From: Monocercomonoides exilis PA203
Lineage: Eukaryota; Protista; Preaxostyla
Assembly: GCA_001643675.2 (NCBI GenBank)
Contig: LSRY02000004.1
Span: forward strand, 62,001 to 126,000
Direction of reading: 5' to 3'
DNA length: 64,000 nucleotides
In this document: in pieces, positions 48,607 to 61,846 of the stretch
How the letters are laid out: each line of letters opens with the position of its first letter
How positions within the stretch are numbered: the stretch's first letter is position 1
Translations under genes and position numbers: made by a program
Notes under the pieces: model-generated
The model's input: only the letters and a program-made list of their open reading frames with translations
Database searches by the model: none
Told to the model about the DNA's origin: nothing

Positions 48607-51600
48607 ATGTGGTTTCAAACGCTTGGGATTGAGATAAACGATTTATCTGAAGAAGAAAAAGCTGTGCTACAAGAGATATTCCCAACAATTGAAGATTTTG
48701 AAGAAACACTAAATGAGGCTGTTACAAATAACATACAGAAAAAACTTTTAGAAAAAAGCAACCTTTCTGAAAGCATTCAACAAAATCTTCCTGCAGAAAT
48801 CTCAAAGCAAATTAGTATGATTTGATTTTCAATTTTTAGACTCAAAGAAAAATATTTTTTTTATTTGTGCATTTTAGCAAGCAAATTATTGAATATTGCA
48901 ATAGGAAAAAAAGAAGAATCGCAACAGCAAACGGACATTGAAAAAAGCGAAACTGGGTTGTCCGATAATCTTTTGGAATCTCATAACAGTCAAGAAATTG
49001 AAAAAGAAAAGAAAGATGATATACCACAAACAGATGAATATTTACAGAATCAAAAAAGGGTACAAATGGATGAACGCAAAGCAGGCGTTAATGATATTAT
49101 GACAGTATGCAATTGTCATTTATCTATATTCAAATGTGACTTAAAAATTTATTGATTTGAAATGATTTAAGAAACTTGATGAATATTTCCCTCAGCTTTT
49201 CACGAAATTTTCATCATTGGAATCTGTTGTTCTTGATTCACTCGCTGCTGCGAACGAACGAGCTGAGTCAGAAAGAAATGAAAGAATTCGATTTCAAGAA
49301 GAAGTTATAAGATTGCAGACACAGATAATGAATGAAGAAGAACAAAGAAGGAAAATAGAAAGTGAAAGATTGCAAAACGAAAGAAATAACAGGTTGTGCT
49401 TGAGCGATAAAAAAGCTGAAAATGACGATTGCTATGGAATTCTTGAAGAGAAAACGATGAATTTGAAAGATGTTTCCCAAAATGAATTGCATAAAGAAAC
49501 GTGCAATGCCATTTCAGCAGATCATGTAGATAAACAATTTAAAGTTGACCCATCTTTTTCTGTAAAAGTTGGACTAATGAAAAGTCAAACAGAAGATAAT
49601 ACCAATTATGATCAAATCAACACTGAAGCTAATAATAACAAAGAGAGCCAACAATCAGACACATTAAACGAACAGAAATACGAAAGACTTGGCGGAAGCG
49701 AAGATATTTTGAGTGAGCAAATTGTTCAACAAAGCACTCTTACCTCAGGACAAGCGAACGAGACGAATCAAAAAGCAATCGATGTAATCACTGAATCAGA
49801 AAGTGTATCTAATCCTCAACTTAGTCCCAATCCATTTACTTCCAATGCCTCCTCTCCATTTCCTGCTCGGCTGGGCTGCGATGTTTCAGGCGATGAAGAG
49901 TCGCAGCAGCGCAGTTCGGTGTCGTTTACTCCTCCGCCGATGATCTTCTTGGCGCCGATGGGCGGAGCAGCTGAGCAGAAGCAGGAAGACATGCTGCCTG
50001 AGCCATCGTTTGCCCCGCCTGTTTTTCCGAGAGACGCAGACTCGGCTGAAAGCGATGCAGAGGCCGACAAGGAAGCAGAGGATGAACAGCAAAAGCACAA
50101 AGAAGAGCCAACCGAGAATGAATACAGCAAGCAAAGCTCACAAATATCACAGCAGACATCCATTCCGCTGTCACTTCTGAGCAATCTGCCGCCTCTTCCT
50201 GCGCAGTTTGTGTGCAAAACAGAGTCAGAAGACAGCAACAGCGCTGCAAATGGACAGAGGCTGCCAGATGCTCTCTCGCAGCAACACGATGAGGATAAAT
50301 TGCCATCGACTGAGCAGACAGACAAGTCGGATGAGAAAGAGCTTCATTCTCTCATGAGCGACCTGTCCTTATTTACAGAGCTTGATCTCCCACCTGCACC
50401 CACTTTGGATGCAACTCCAAAGCCAAAGCCAACTGCACTGCCTCCAGCAGAATCAGCATCTCCTTCTCCGTCTTCACTGCCTAAACTTCCACCAGCTCCT
50501 GCTTTGACTGATCCTTCTCCTATGCTCATTGCTCCGTTGAATGTTGCTGATCTCCCGTCTCCTCCTCCTGCCTCCTCATCAGCTTCTGCTTCTTCCTCAT
50601 CTTCTTCCTCCTCTCTTCCACCATCATCATATTCTTCTTCTTCTGCTTCTACTTCTTCGAATGTTCCTGATACGACACAGAAGACAGAAAGTAGTCCTGC
50701 TCTTCCTGCACTCCCACAAGTGCCATCGCTGCCATTCAATCAGGTATCACCTTATCCACAAGTTCAAACAGGCTCTTCTTCTGCTTCATCTGATTCCTCA
50801 AAGTCTGTTTCAGAAGATTCTCAGCCATCAAATGCAGCTGCTCCTACCAATCCAGCAACATCAACATCAAACGAGGCATCTACTTCAACTCCATCATCAA
50901 CAATCCTCCAGCCAGCAATAGCTCTGCCTCCTCCTCAAAGCACAAAACCAGCATTTGATCTTTGCTCCTCTCCTCCACCGCCACCAAAGACAAGCATGTC
51001 CCCTCCGTTTGTCTATCCTCCTCCTGCCGCTCTGCCTCCTCCTCAGTCAAACCCTGCTGGTGCTCTCAGAATGCCCTCTCCTCCTCCAAAGGCTTCTGAG
51101 CCACACACTTTCAAGCTTCCTCCAATTCCTCCTTCATCTCCCTCATCTTCTCCATCAACACTCCCAGTGAATGAAGCTGTCCCATCAAAGACTGAGCCTG
51201 CTGTGACGAATGCTCTGATGATGCCACCTCCATCGCCTTCCCAGAGCAATCCTTCACCATCTGAGTCATCTTCTCATCTGATACAGCCTCCTCCTCCTCC
51301 TCCTCAAAACACAGGCACACACACAAGTGGCACTGTGTTCTCTCTTCCTCCTCAGAAGACACCAAACACAACAACAGCAACAACTCCATCGTTTGGCCCT
51401 CCACCTTCATCGTCTGCTTCTCAATTTTCTTATCCCCCTAACCCAACTCCGATTACTCCTCCTTTTTCTTCATCTTCATCTGCCTCATCCTCCTCCTCCT
51501 CCTCATCATCATCATCTTCTTCTTCTTCTGCTTCAACTTCTTCGCCTGCTGTTGCTGTTCCCTCTGGAAATGTGTTTTCAATGGCATCGTCGTATGCACA

Positions 51601-52426
51601 GGCTGTTCCAAAAGAACTGGCTAATCAATTTCCAACACACAAATCTTCAACCTCCTCTCCATCATCCTCATCATCTGCATATCGTTTCGGTCTTCCATCC
51701 ACTCCTTCCCCAACCACCCCAACTGCCTCAACCCCTTCTCCAAGTCCAGATCGCACTGTCATTCGCGAGCCTCCTCACTCGTCTTCTGTTTCCTCTCCTT
51801 ATTCTGCTGCTCCAGCGTCATATTATTCCCAAATGCCAAGCACTTCCGCCCAGCCAGCTGGACAGATCCAGCAGAAGTACCAGCCAGAAATTGAGTACGA
51901 CACCATTGGCGAAGAAACAATCGACTGCGAAATTTGCTCTGCGAAAATACCTCTGTCCAAATATGTGGAGCACTGCGAGACACACAACCCGAATGCAGCA
52001 GCCATCCTGTCTGGAAGGGCCAATCCTTCTTCATCAAGTGCCAGCTCATCATCATCAGCAGCAACAGCAAGTGCTAACACAGCCCAGCTCTCACAGCCGT
52101 CCCGTCCGTCCCAGCCCAGCAGCGCCTATCAGCTGTCACAGCCGCCAAAAGCCAGTCTTGGGATACCCATTCCGTACATGGCGTCCTCCTTCAATCCTGT
52201 CCCGACTTTCAACCAGCCTCCGCCGCAGATGTCTGTCTCATCCTATCCGATGTACCCCACTTCGTATGCCTCGCCTTACTCTTCCTATTCTGCTGCCACA
52301 TACCCAGCATCGTCTCTGCCGCAGTTTTCTATGCCACCACCTGCCTCTAATCCTGGTGCTCTCTCAAATGGCTCTTCTCCTGTTGCTCCTGGGCAGCCAA
52401 CAAACTATTATGCTCATCAAATGTGA
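48607..52426 (+). CDS. Hypothetical Pro/Ser-rich protein with N-terminal coiled coil and one C2H2/UBZ-like zinc finger (3 exons)
   Basis: ORFs 48607-48825, 48865-49155 and 49217-52426 are joined by GT-AG introns. CEICSAKIPLSKYVEHCETH lies near 51925-51985. Confidence 0.65.
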
Positions 52427-53427
52427 AGAAGTTAAGCAAATTGAGTTGTTATTTTGAGATGATGTAAATGTTGCAGGCCTTTTTTTAAGGAAAAAATTTT
52501 TAAAAGAAATTATATTTTATTTCAAATAAATAATTCACAATTTCAAATTTTTAATAGATTTATTTTTAATCAATTTTATCTATTATCGCATTTGTGTTTT
52601 TACATCGTTTGTATTTTTGTCCGTTTCTGCTTTATTATTTTTAATTATTATTATTATTAAAGCAAATGAATTTGATATGTTGATGTTTTATTTTTCTTTT
52701 TTCTTTTTGAAAAACACTTTTATTGAGAGGCGGTTATTTTTTTGCTCGCTCGAGTATTTTTGGGGAAATAAAGTTACTTTGAATATTTTCAGGTTGTCTT
52801 TTTTAACTTTTTAAAAAATTAATGAAAACGATAGAAAAGTTGCTAATCTCATTAATGTCAAGCAAAAAGGGAGGAAGACACAACAAAAGAAATTTTAATT
52901 ATAAAATGAGCGGGAAAATGATTACGACTCCAATTAAAGCAATCGAATATCCAAAACTTCAAAATTTTAAATAAAATTAAAAAATAAAAATTAAAAAAAA
53001 AAAAAAAAAATAACTATGACATAAACAGAACAGAATTGTTAAGAAATTCAGTATAAATGAAACAAAGTGTTCGTTTTCAAAAAAATGAGTTAATTCAATA
53101 GAACAGAACGAACAACATTAACTCATCCTCCAAATCAAGTCATTTACAAAAAAAGGGAATCGGAAACTCTTCCAAATATGAACACTTTCTTTCAATAAAC
53201 AAGAAGCACAATTATTATTCAACTGATAGTGAGATAATAACAGAGTTTCTAAAGAAAAACATAACTTAACAAAACACAAGTTAAAGAAAAAGTTAAATAA
53301 AACTAAGTAAAAACATGTAAAATTAAACAATCACATTAAAAATCTTTTAGCTGTTCAAGAGAAGAAACAAGAATTCTAAACTGATAACAATTTAAATAAA
53401 AAAGACTCTCAGTTATTTATGTAAGAT

Positions 53428-56400
53428 TTAGCTAAGCCTTAAAACAAGTACAGTGACATTGTCTTGAGACCCCATCGACAAAGCAACAGATTTCAGTTTG
53501 GATGCAATCGCCGAAGCAGAAGCACCCCAGTTCTCGTTGCGCTGCTCTCGTGTCTCTCTCTGCTGCTCGTGTGGATGGAAGAAAAATGTGCCTTCCTGCT
53601 CAAGCACTGAAGTGGAAGAGTTTTGTGCTTGAGCTTTCAGTGAGGCAATATTTGACTGTTTGGCACGAGATGAGGAAAGCGAAGGAAGAGAAGCAGTGTC
53701 TTCGATGTTTGTATGGAAGTATTCGTTTTCAGGTGAATGAATATCGCCATCCACAGGGAAAGAGGAGCATGATGCGATGGAAGGAGAAGAGATGTTTGGA
53801 GACAATGAACTCGCAGGATAACCACCAGGCAGAGGAGCAGAAGAAGCGCACGATTCCATCACAAGCTTGGCTACATCGTCGTTTGTGAGGACGTCATACA
53901 GCCCGTCGCAGCCGAGAACGATGTACTTGTCTCTTTGCTGCCGCTTCCGAAGCACAACACGCTCTGGCTGGCTTTTGTAGTTGTCTGTGCTGAGTGAGTG
54001 TGAATGAGAGTGTGCGTGTGATGAAGAAATGCTATTGGATGTGATAGTGGAGTGTGTCGTCAGCTGCGTGTTGGCAGATACGGTTGAGACAAGAGATGAA
54101 ATTGATCTCTGCTCGTCGTCTTCTCTTGCATCGCTTTTGTATTCTCTTTCTCTTTCTTTCTCTTTCTCTTTGCCACATTCCTTTTGGCAGGCACCATTAT
54201 TCCCCTTTGATGAGCCATAGTTCTTCTCCTTTTCTTCAGGACGAACAACATTTGTCCACCGATGAGTCCAGCCGATGCTGTTGGCCTCTGCCTCTCCGCA
54301 GATCCCTCTTCCAACAGCAAAGTCTCCAAATGCCCGCGCAACAGCAAGCACATTCAGGAAGCGCATGTTGGGTGCGACGTAGTTGCCTTCCTTTCGTGCA
54401 ATTCTGCCGATTTCACTGAAGGACACCAGGTTGTGGTCGTGTGTGAGGGCAAAGGCGCGGAATGTGTGGATGGCGCGGGAGTGTCTGAATGTTAGCGGAT
54501 GGGCAGAAGGGTTGGTGTGAATGGTCGAGATGGAAGACGAGGCAGTCAAAGGCGAAAGGGAAGTGCGAGATGAGGAGGATGTGAATGGTGACGTTGCGGA
54601 TGTAGTTGAGAGAGAAGATGAAGTGAGCTTCGAAGGACCTCTTCGGGGACGAATAGAAAACGGTGATTTTCTCATGTGTGACGAAGCATTTGCGCTTTCG
54701 TCGTCTACAATTTCGTCTGTTTCAAAGAATGTGAAGTCGCTCATTTTCCTTTCTCTGCTGAATTGGTCGCTGCAGTTGCCTTCGAGATACTCCTGAATGG
54801 ACGACGGGCGTTGGGTGGCAGATGCTTGAGACATACACAAGGGATTGAAGCTCTCTTTGCCTTGTGGCGCATTCTGTCCCAAGGGAGATGGAAACACAGA
54901 TGACGATGTTGTGGTGTTGCAAGAAGTGACTGACTGGCTGTCTTCGATGTCTGAGTCACGTGTGTCGTTCTCGTCCAGATCGTCTCTGTCCTCAAACACA
55001 TCCTCGTTCTCGTCGTCTTCCTCGTCCTCCACCACATCGCTGGTGTTGTCTGTGTTGTTGCTCTCTCTTTCATCCTCTTCAGCGTCGCTGCTGTCTGAAC
55101 TCGAATTGTCGGCTTCTCCATCGCCAATCGCGAAGGAACTCAGGCTCAGCTCGTCCAGCCCGTCTTGCGAGCTCTCTTCCGACCCGTCAAAATACGAGTC
55201 CGGATCAGCATTCCCGCTCCTCGCATCAAATGTCAGCGGATTCAGCCCCAGCTGCCTCATCTCCCGCTCTTTCCTCCTCCGCTTCTTCAACTTCTTCAGC
55301 AGCTTCTTCAGCTTCTTCTTGCTTTTGACGTCTCTTCCTCTCTCTTCTCTGATCAGAATGGCGCGTGCATCGCCCACGTGTGCTGTGTAGATCTGGCTGT
55401 GTGTCAGCATCAGAATGACTCCGGTGCTTCCTCCATCGACTTTGAGTCTTTTGAGAACAGCATTCGCAATCAGTGCAGTGTGCTGGAGAACAGCACAGAT
55501 GAATGGAGAGATTACTTTGGATGAGGAGACAGTTGGCAAAAGTGGAAGGAATGTGGAGAAGAATGATGAATTGTTTGCTGAAGAAGAAGAAGAAGAAGAT
55601 GATGATGATGATTGAGCACAACCTTCATACAAAGAGAAGAGCGACACTCTCTCTTGTCTGACGTGTGGTGTTGGCAGCACAATGTCTGGGAACTTGTCTT
55701 TGAGCGAGTCATACTCCACAGAAACAGGAAGCTGCTGGACAGAAAAGAAGGGGATGGGGCATTCTGTGTCGACATACTCTGAGAAGTCGAGTAAGTCGCA
55801 GTTGCTGAAGTCGAAGTCTGGCTGCCAGTCGTCGTCATCATCAGCTTCTGCTTGGCTGCTATTCTTCTTCTTTTCTCCTTCAAACTCCTCGGCCATCTCA
55901 TCATGCAGCTCCACCTCTTCATAACTTGGTGGGAGTTCTCCAAATGCACTTTCTGATGCCTGTCTCCTGTGCAAGTGCTCAGCTTCCTTTTCTTTCCTCT
56001 TTTTTTCCATCTCTTTCTCCTTCTCCATCATCTGCAGCCGCTTCTCCTCCTTCATCTTCTCTTTCGATGTCTTGTAGCTTTTGCAGTTGCGCTCAATTAG
56101 ATATACGAGACAGTCAAACATTGCCTGCAGAAAAGAAGGGAAAAGAAGAAAAGACAGCTGCTCGGCACATGCATGAGTGGCATGCCCGTCGAAGACAGCA
56201 AACATTCCGAGGGACAAAGGAGACATCTCAGAGAGAGAGGAGAGGGTGGTCTGGCGGAGTGGGGAAGGGGTGAAGCAGACAGGCAGATAAGGCGCAAGAG
56301 AGGAGTAGAGCGACTGGCACTTGCTCATCGAGACAGAAGAGGAGGCAAAAGACGACATTGATGCAGAGTGGGCGATGCCTGACTGGAAACACGGGACGGA

Positions 56401-59400
56401 TGGCTGAGGGGTGGTGGATGAGAAGGAATAGAAAGGGTCGCATTCAGCTGGGAAAGGAAGGGGCTGTGTGGATGGATAGCGGTGGGCAGTGGGAGAGGCA
56501 GGCTGGAAGCGCGTGGGGAGAGGGATGGGCATGCTGGCAGGACTCTGCTGGAGGAGAGTGGCAGAGGTGGTGGTGGTGTAGTTGCTGCCACGAGAGGCGG
56601 TGGAGGAGGTGCGGGTGAATGTGGTGGAGGAGATGATGCTGTCGAATGGCGAGACGGAAGAGGAGGAGGAAGAGGAGCGGGGACTTTGACTGAGAGAGGG
56701 CTTGTTGTTGATCACAGGTGATAATGAAGGGCTGGAGTTGGAAGAAGAGTTGGGAGACATTTTGCTCAAAGTTTCTGGGGGAGGAGAAATGGCAGCAGCA
56801 GACGCCTGGCGCTTCAGAGGATTAGGCGAAGACTGTGGTGAAGGTGAAGCTTTTGGCTTGGCAGAATTGGGCGACTGCTGCGGAGAAGGAGGCGGAGATT
56901 GTTTGCTTCCAGTTCCCTTTGACGACGGTGGATGAGGAGGCGGAGGAGGAGGGGGTGGGGGTGGTGGGGGCGTTGTTGAACGTGCAGGTGGAGGTGTGGT
57001 TGACGTATCTGTGCAGCCAAAGCTCTGCAGAGAGACCTGTGAATAGCTGTGTGAATGAGTAGGAGTACGAGAGGGAGATGCAGACGGAGAAGGAGGAGGA
57101 GAGCTGGCACGAGATGCACATCGGCTCATTCCTTTCTTTGGAGGAGGCGGAGGAGGAGGCGGCGGTGGTGGGCGAACAGAAACGTGTGGTTTTTGTCCTT
57201 GTTGTGCTTGGGAGCTTAATGGATTACTGGACAATGATGCACTTGGTGAGTGTGTGGGTGTCTGTGAAAAAGGAGAGGAAGATAAAGAAGAGGAAGGCGA
57301 ATGAGAAAAAGAGGGGGAAGGCGAAGAGGCAGAGGAAGCGGTTGGAGAAGCACAAGAAATAGAGAGAGAGGAATCAGAAGAAGGAAGAGGCTTTTGTTGT
57401 GCATCTTCAACTTGGACGAATGAGAAGTCAGACTTGTTTTCACTTTCACTTGATGGACTTGCTTCAGACGCTGCTGTGCTCTGCATGGAGAGTGGAGAAG
57501 GAGCAACTTCTGCTTTTGTGCTTTCCTTCGGCTGGCTGTTCAGCTCGTCTGCTGTCATGTCAGGCAGAGGAAGCTCGTCTGTGATGGGCGGCGTGGGCGG
57601 AGTGGGCAGAGTGAGCTGTGGATCCAGCAAGGGTGTGGGAGGTGGTTCTTCCAGTGTGCCAATCACATCAAATGGAGGAGGAGGTATTTTCGGTGGAGGT
57701 GGGATGTCTTCATCGTCTGTGCCGCTGTCTGTGCACTCGTCAAGATCCAATTCAAGTTCAAAGGCTTCGACTTCTTCTGTCTCACATTTCTTTTCACTTG
57801 ACGATGATTCAGATACTTTGCATTCATCTTTTTTGTTTGTGCAGCTCTCCTCTTTCAATTTTGTTGGTGTAGCAATTCGTTCCACAACAACACTTGTTCT
57901 GTCTTCCACAGGCGCTGACGGAGCAACTGTTGACATTGGAGGATTTTTTGGTGGTTCATATTTCAAGTCAATCTCTTCTTCTGGTGCAGGAGATATCGCT
58001 GGCGATGCAGCAAGAGGAGCAGTTGGTGTGGACTTGGCATCTGATGGCTTTGTGTTCGTGTTCTTCTCTTCTGCTCTTCCACTCTCTGCTTTCTTTCCTC
58101 CTTTCTCCTCGTTCATCTGCACATGCTGCATCCAACTTTCTCTCCTCTTTCTGACTGTCTCATCGTCGCAAAGGGTGACATCTCTGAACATTCCTTTCAG
58201 CTGCGTTGCTCTCGTTTTGTCGACTGCCTCCATCATCTTCTTCGTAAACTCATTCATTTTGTGCGTTGCCCCGTCGTTTCTCGAGCCAGTTCGCGCCCAG
58301 AACGAAACAATGCTCACACACCAACTCGGAAGCAAGTGGACAAACTGAGGAATTGATGGCTGCTTTTGTGGCTGTGATGATGTTTGTGAACGAGTGCGTG
58401 AAGAAGAAGAAGAAGAAGATGATGATGATGACTGATTGTTCTGCATGGCCGCTGCTCTGTACAATGCGCTGAATGGGCTGTCATCGTCTTTGTTCTGATC
58501 TGAGTGTGGAATCTCCTGTGCAATGATTGCCAGACACACCCCGATTAATGAATGCAGGTCACGAGATGACAAAAGAGCATCCCAGAAGATAGAGCGAAGG
58601 AGCTGTGAACGAGGCGTCGAAAGAGTCGAGAGAGAGGAAAGAGTGTCCAAGAGAGAGTTTTGAAGCGGAGTGAGGGGTGTTGTTGATTGCGATGACAGCA
58701 CTTTGCTGAGAGAGGCCATTTCTTCGTCTTGTTGGAACTGGACGATGTGTTCAGGAGAGAGAGTGAATGGGGGAATAGGAATAGTACACATCATGTTGGA
58801 TGAAGGATTGCAAGTGGACGGAGAAGAGGAGGATGAAGATGAAGAAGAGACTCCATCAAGTTCTTCGACTGTTGGTGCATACTTCAGCTGCACGCCTGTC
58901 ATGAATGGGAATGCAACAGACGGAAGAGTCGTGTCCAGCGCAATCAATATCCTCCTATCAACTTCCTCTACAAACTCACTCTGAGACAGCCTTTTCCTTT
59001 TCCCTGTGTCGATCTCTCTTTTCAGCTGTTCTGATATCTTTTCCCTCAGCTCAGTCACATATCCCCCGTCTTCCATCCTGTTCGACCACACATTCCTCGT
59101 CTCCACCACATGGAACGGGTGGAAGGCTATCGCATCTTCTTGTGCTTTTCTTGAGCCCAGCCCTTCAGAATAGCTGCACCAGTCAGACAGACGCAGCTCC
59201 CGCCCACTCTGCTTCCGCCTAATCTTCTTCAGCGAGCTCTCCACCTGCTGCAGCTTCGCCTTGTTCTCTCTGCTTCCGTTGCTCGCACTCAAAACCAGCA
59301 CATCTGGTGTGTTCTCTTCCTCCGAGTCTTCTTCATCGCCATCTTCAAAGGCAGACTTCCCTCTCAGCACAACTGTCTCTGGCACAACATTCATCCTCGA

Positions 59401-61664
59401 CCGCAGCGGCATTCGCGACTCAAAGTTCGACGGCGGCTTCAGCTCAGACACAAACAGAGGCAGCTGCGCTCCGAGTGTTGCTCTTTGTGTGAGCTCCTTC
59501 TGGTTCTGCGAGGAAAAGACAGCAAGTCTCTTGACTGGGGCAGCATTAGCAGCGCCTGAATTTGGCTGCTCAGTTCTGATGAGGTCTCTCCACTCGCTCA
59601 CCCACTCGCTGTTCTGCAGGATCGGGTTGCCAGAAAAGTCGAGCATTTTGAACTGCTTCCACCGTTGGCAAGGGACAGATGTCATCTGCGGGAGAGAGTG
59701 GATGTGGTTGAAGGAGACATCCAGCACAACCAGCGAAGACTGAAGCAGAGAGTTCTGCGTCGACCCTTTCAGCGTCGTGAACAAGTCGTCAGGGAGTGTC
59801 TCCAGCTGGTTGTGCGAGATGTTCACCTCAACCAACGACTGGTGCATGGAGAAGAAGGCAGAGGGGATGGAGGATATTCCCGTGTTCTCCATCGAAAGGA
59901 CTGACAAATCTTTCGGCAGAAGTCTGAAGAATTTGTCAGTCACATCCGATGGCAGTGTGCTGAAGTCTGTTCCGCTGAATGAAATGCGCTTCAGCGGCAG
60001 CATCAGCAGCCCCACTGGCAGTGAAGTGACAGAGCAGTGGCTGAGATCGAGGTCAGTCAAGGCAGACAACTTCGACAGCAGGGAAACAGACTTGATCGAA
60101 CGATTGCATCCAAGTTGGAGCTTCTTCAGTGATGTGAATACGTGAACTTCGTTTTGCTGCCCTCTGTCTTTCAGATGCTCCCATTTTTTGTCCTTTCGCT
60201 CGGACATTTCTTTCTCTCTCTCTTTCTCTTCTTTTGCCCGCTCGGTTTCTCTTTCTTCTCCCACAAACGGAATCTCCGCCATGTTGCATCCAGTGCAGTT
60301 GACTTCTTCCAGTGACGCTTTCTCGATTGCTCCTGGCAGCATCGCCAATCGCATGTTCATAGACACATCCAACGTTCTCAGCTGGCTGAACACACCAAAG
60401 TTCCCTCTCAGGCCATTCGGCTCCAAGTCGTTTCCTCCAACGCGAATGGTTCGCAGCGTCTTTGCCGGCAGATCAGCTGCGTTGAGTGCGGTGAGCCTGT
60501 TGTGTGTCAGGTCCAGTGTCATCAGCGCAGGACAGCGAGATATCTGAAGTGCATCACTGGATGAAATCTCATTGAAGGATAGATTCAGCTGTTCCAACGA
60601 CGCCATTGCAGAATCATTGATGAATATGCATCCAACAATTCTGTTGTGAGACGCATCAATCACCCGCAAGTTTTTTGATTCTGGAATTCTGCCGAGCTCG
60701 CTTGTGATGCGGTTACGCTGCAAGTATAATTCGCCAATTCCTTTCAATGGTTCAATCCATGTTTTCACTTGAGTAATCATATTTCCCTCAAGATGCAAAA
60801 AACTCAGCTTCTTTGCAAAGAAGAATGTTTGAGACTCTATTTGTTTAATTCTATTGTATCTCAAATCCAATTGTTCTAGCGAAGGAAATCCTTGAAGGGA
60901 ATGAATCGTTAAAGAGCTTATGAGATTAAAGCCAAGATCTAATTCACTCAAAGTTGGAATGATCAATCCATTTGGAAACTGTTTGATAGCATTATTTGAT
61001 AAAACCAATCGTGAAAGTGAAGAAAATGAAGGTTTGCCCTTTGAATTAATTAACGTTGGTGGTAATGATAATATTCTATTTCCCGAAAGGTCAAGACGAA
61101 CTAGATCTCCAGAAATGAGAGTTTGCTGAAGAAGCATTATGTCGTGCATCGAATTACAGCTTAAACGTAATTCTTTAACTTTAGACCCCTAAAATGACAA
61201 GTGATTAAAAGAATTACGGAGAAAGGCATGTCGAATAATAGAAAATAATTGAATAAAATACCTTCAAAAGAGCAAGATTTAATGTGTGAATTTTGTTGAA
61301 CGAAAGGTCAACAGAATCAAGATTTGGTAACGAAAAAAGTGTTGTCGGTATCTGAGTTATGTCGTTCAAAATAAATTTTAACTTGTTTAGGTTTTTGAGC
61401 TTTGTAATATCTTCTGGGAGAGAGTTAATCCTATTAATATGAATTACATATAATACAGGATTTTTGCAAGTCAAAATATATTGTTTTATAAACAACAAGT
61501 TCGTTAATTAATGAATATCATGCATGATAAATGAAGGCAAACCCATTTCGCACAAGTTCAATGTTAGTAACTTTTGTCAATTGTGCAATATGCTCTGGCT
61601 TTATTTGGCTAATTGTACGATTTTGAATTGCTATCGCATTGTTAATAACCAGATTTCCGCACAT
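53428..61664 (-). CDS. Leucine-rich-repeat plus PP2C (PPM) phosphatase, about 2700 aa (at least 3 exons)
   Basis: Many LxxLxLxxNxI/L repeats. PP2C motifs: GSRKAQEDA, FAVFDGHA, GSTG, AHVGDARAIL, LTHDH, LAVARAFGDF, LGCDGLYDVL and GSQDNVTVLVL. Upstream exons MCGNLVINN...LVRNG and INSLPEDITKLKNL; start tentative. Confidence 0.9.
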
Positions 61665-61846
61665 TTTATTTTGATCTGTAGTACATAGTTTTTGTTTTTC
61701 AGAAAAAGATATGGAATTGATTATTGTGATTGATTCTGTGTAATACTGATTTTTTATTAAAACAATAACATTTTTGAAATAATATGACCATTATAAACTT
61801 CTTCGTTGATCATTGTTCAAATTTAAATTTTGTTTTATTGAGCAAG

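Noticed and set aside
52427-53427. 1-kb convergent intergenic region with an A-run and a short hydrophobic reading frame
   Set aside because: No start/splice structure, TSD or RNA fold could be supported; most simply two AT-rich 3' UTRs.
57434-58348. Long antisense or alternate-frame ORFs (e.g. 57434-58348, 51327-52457, 15411-16154, 32010-32732)
   Set aside because: Shadows of low-complexity coding sequence on the real gene; biased composition and no domain motifs.
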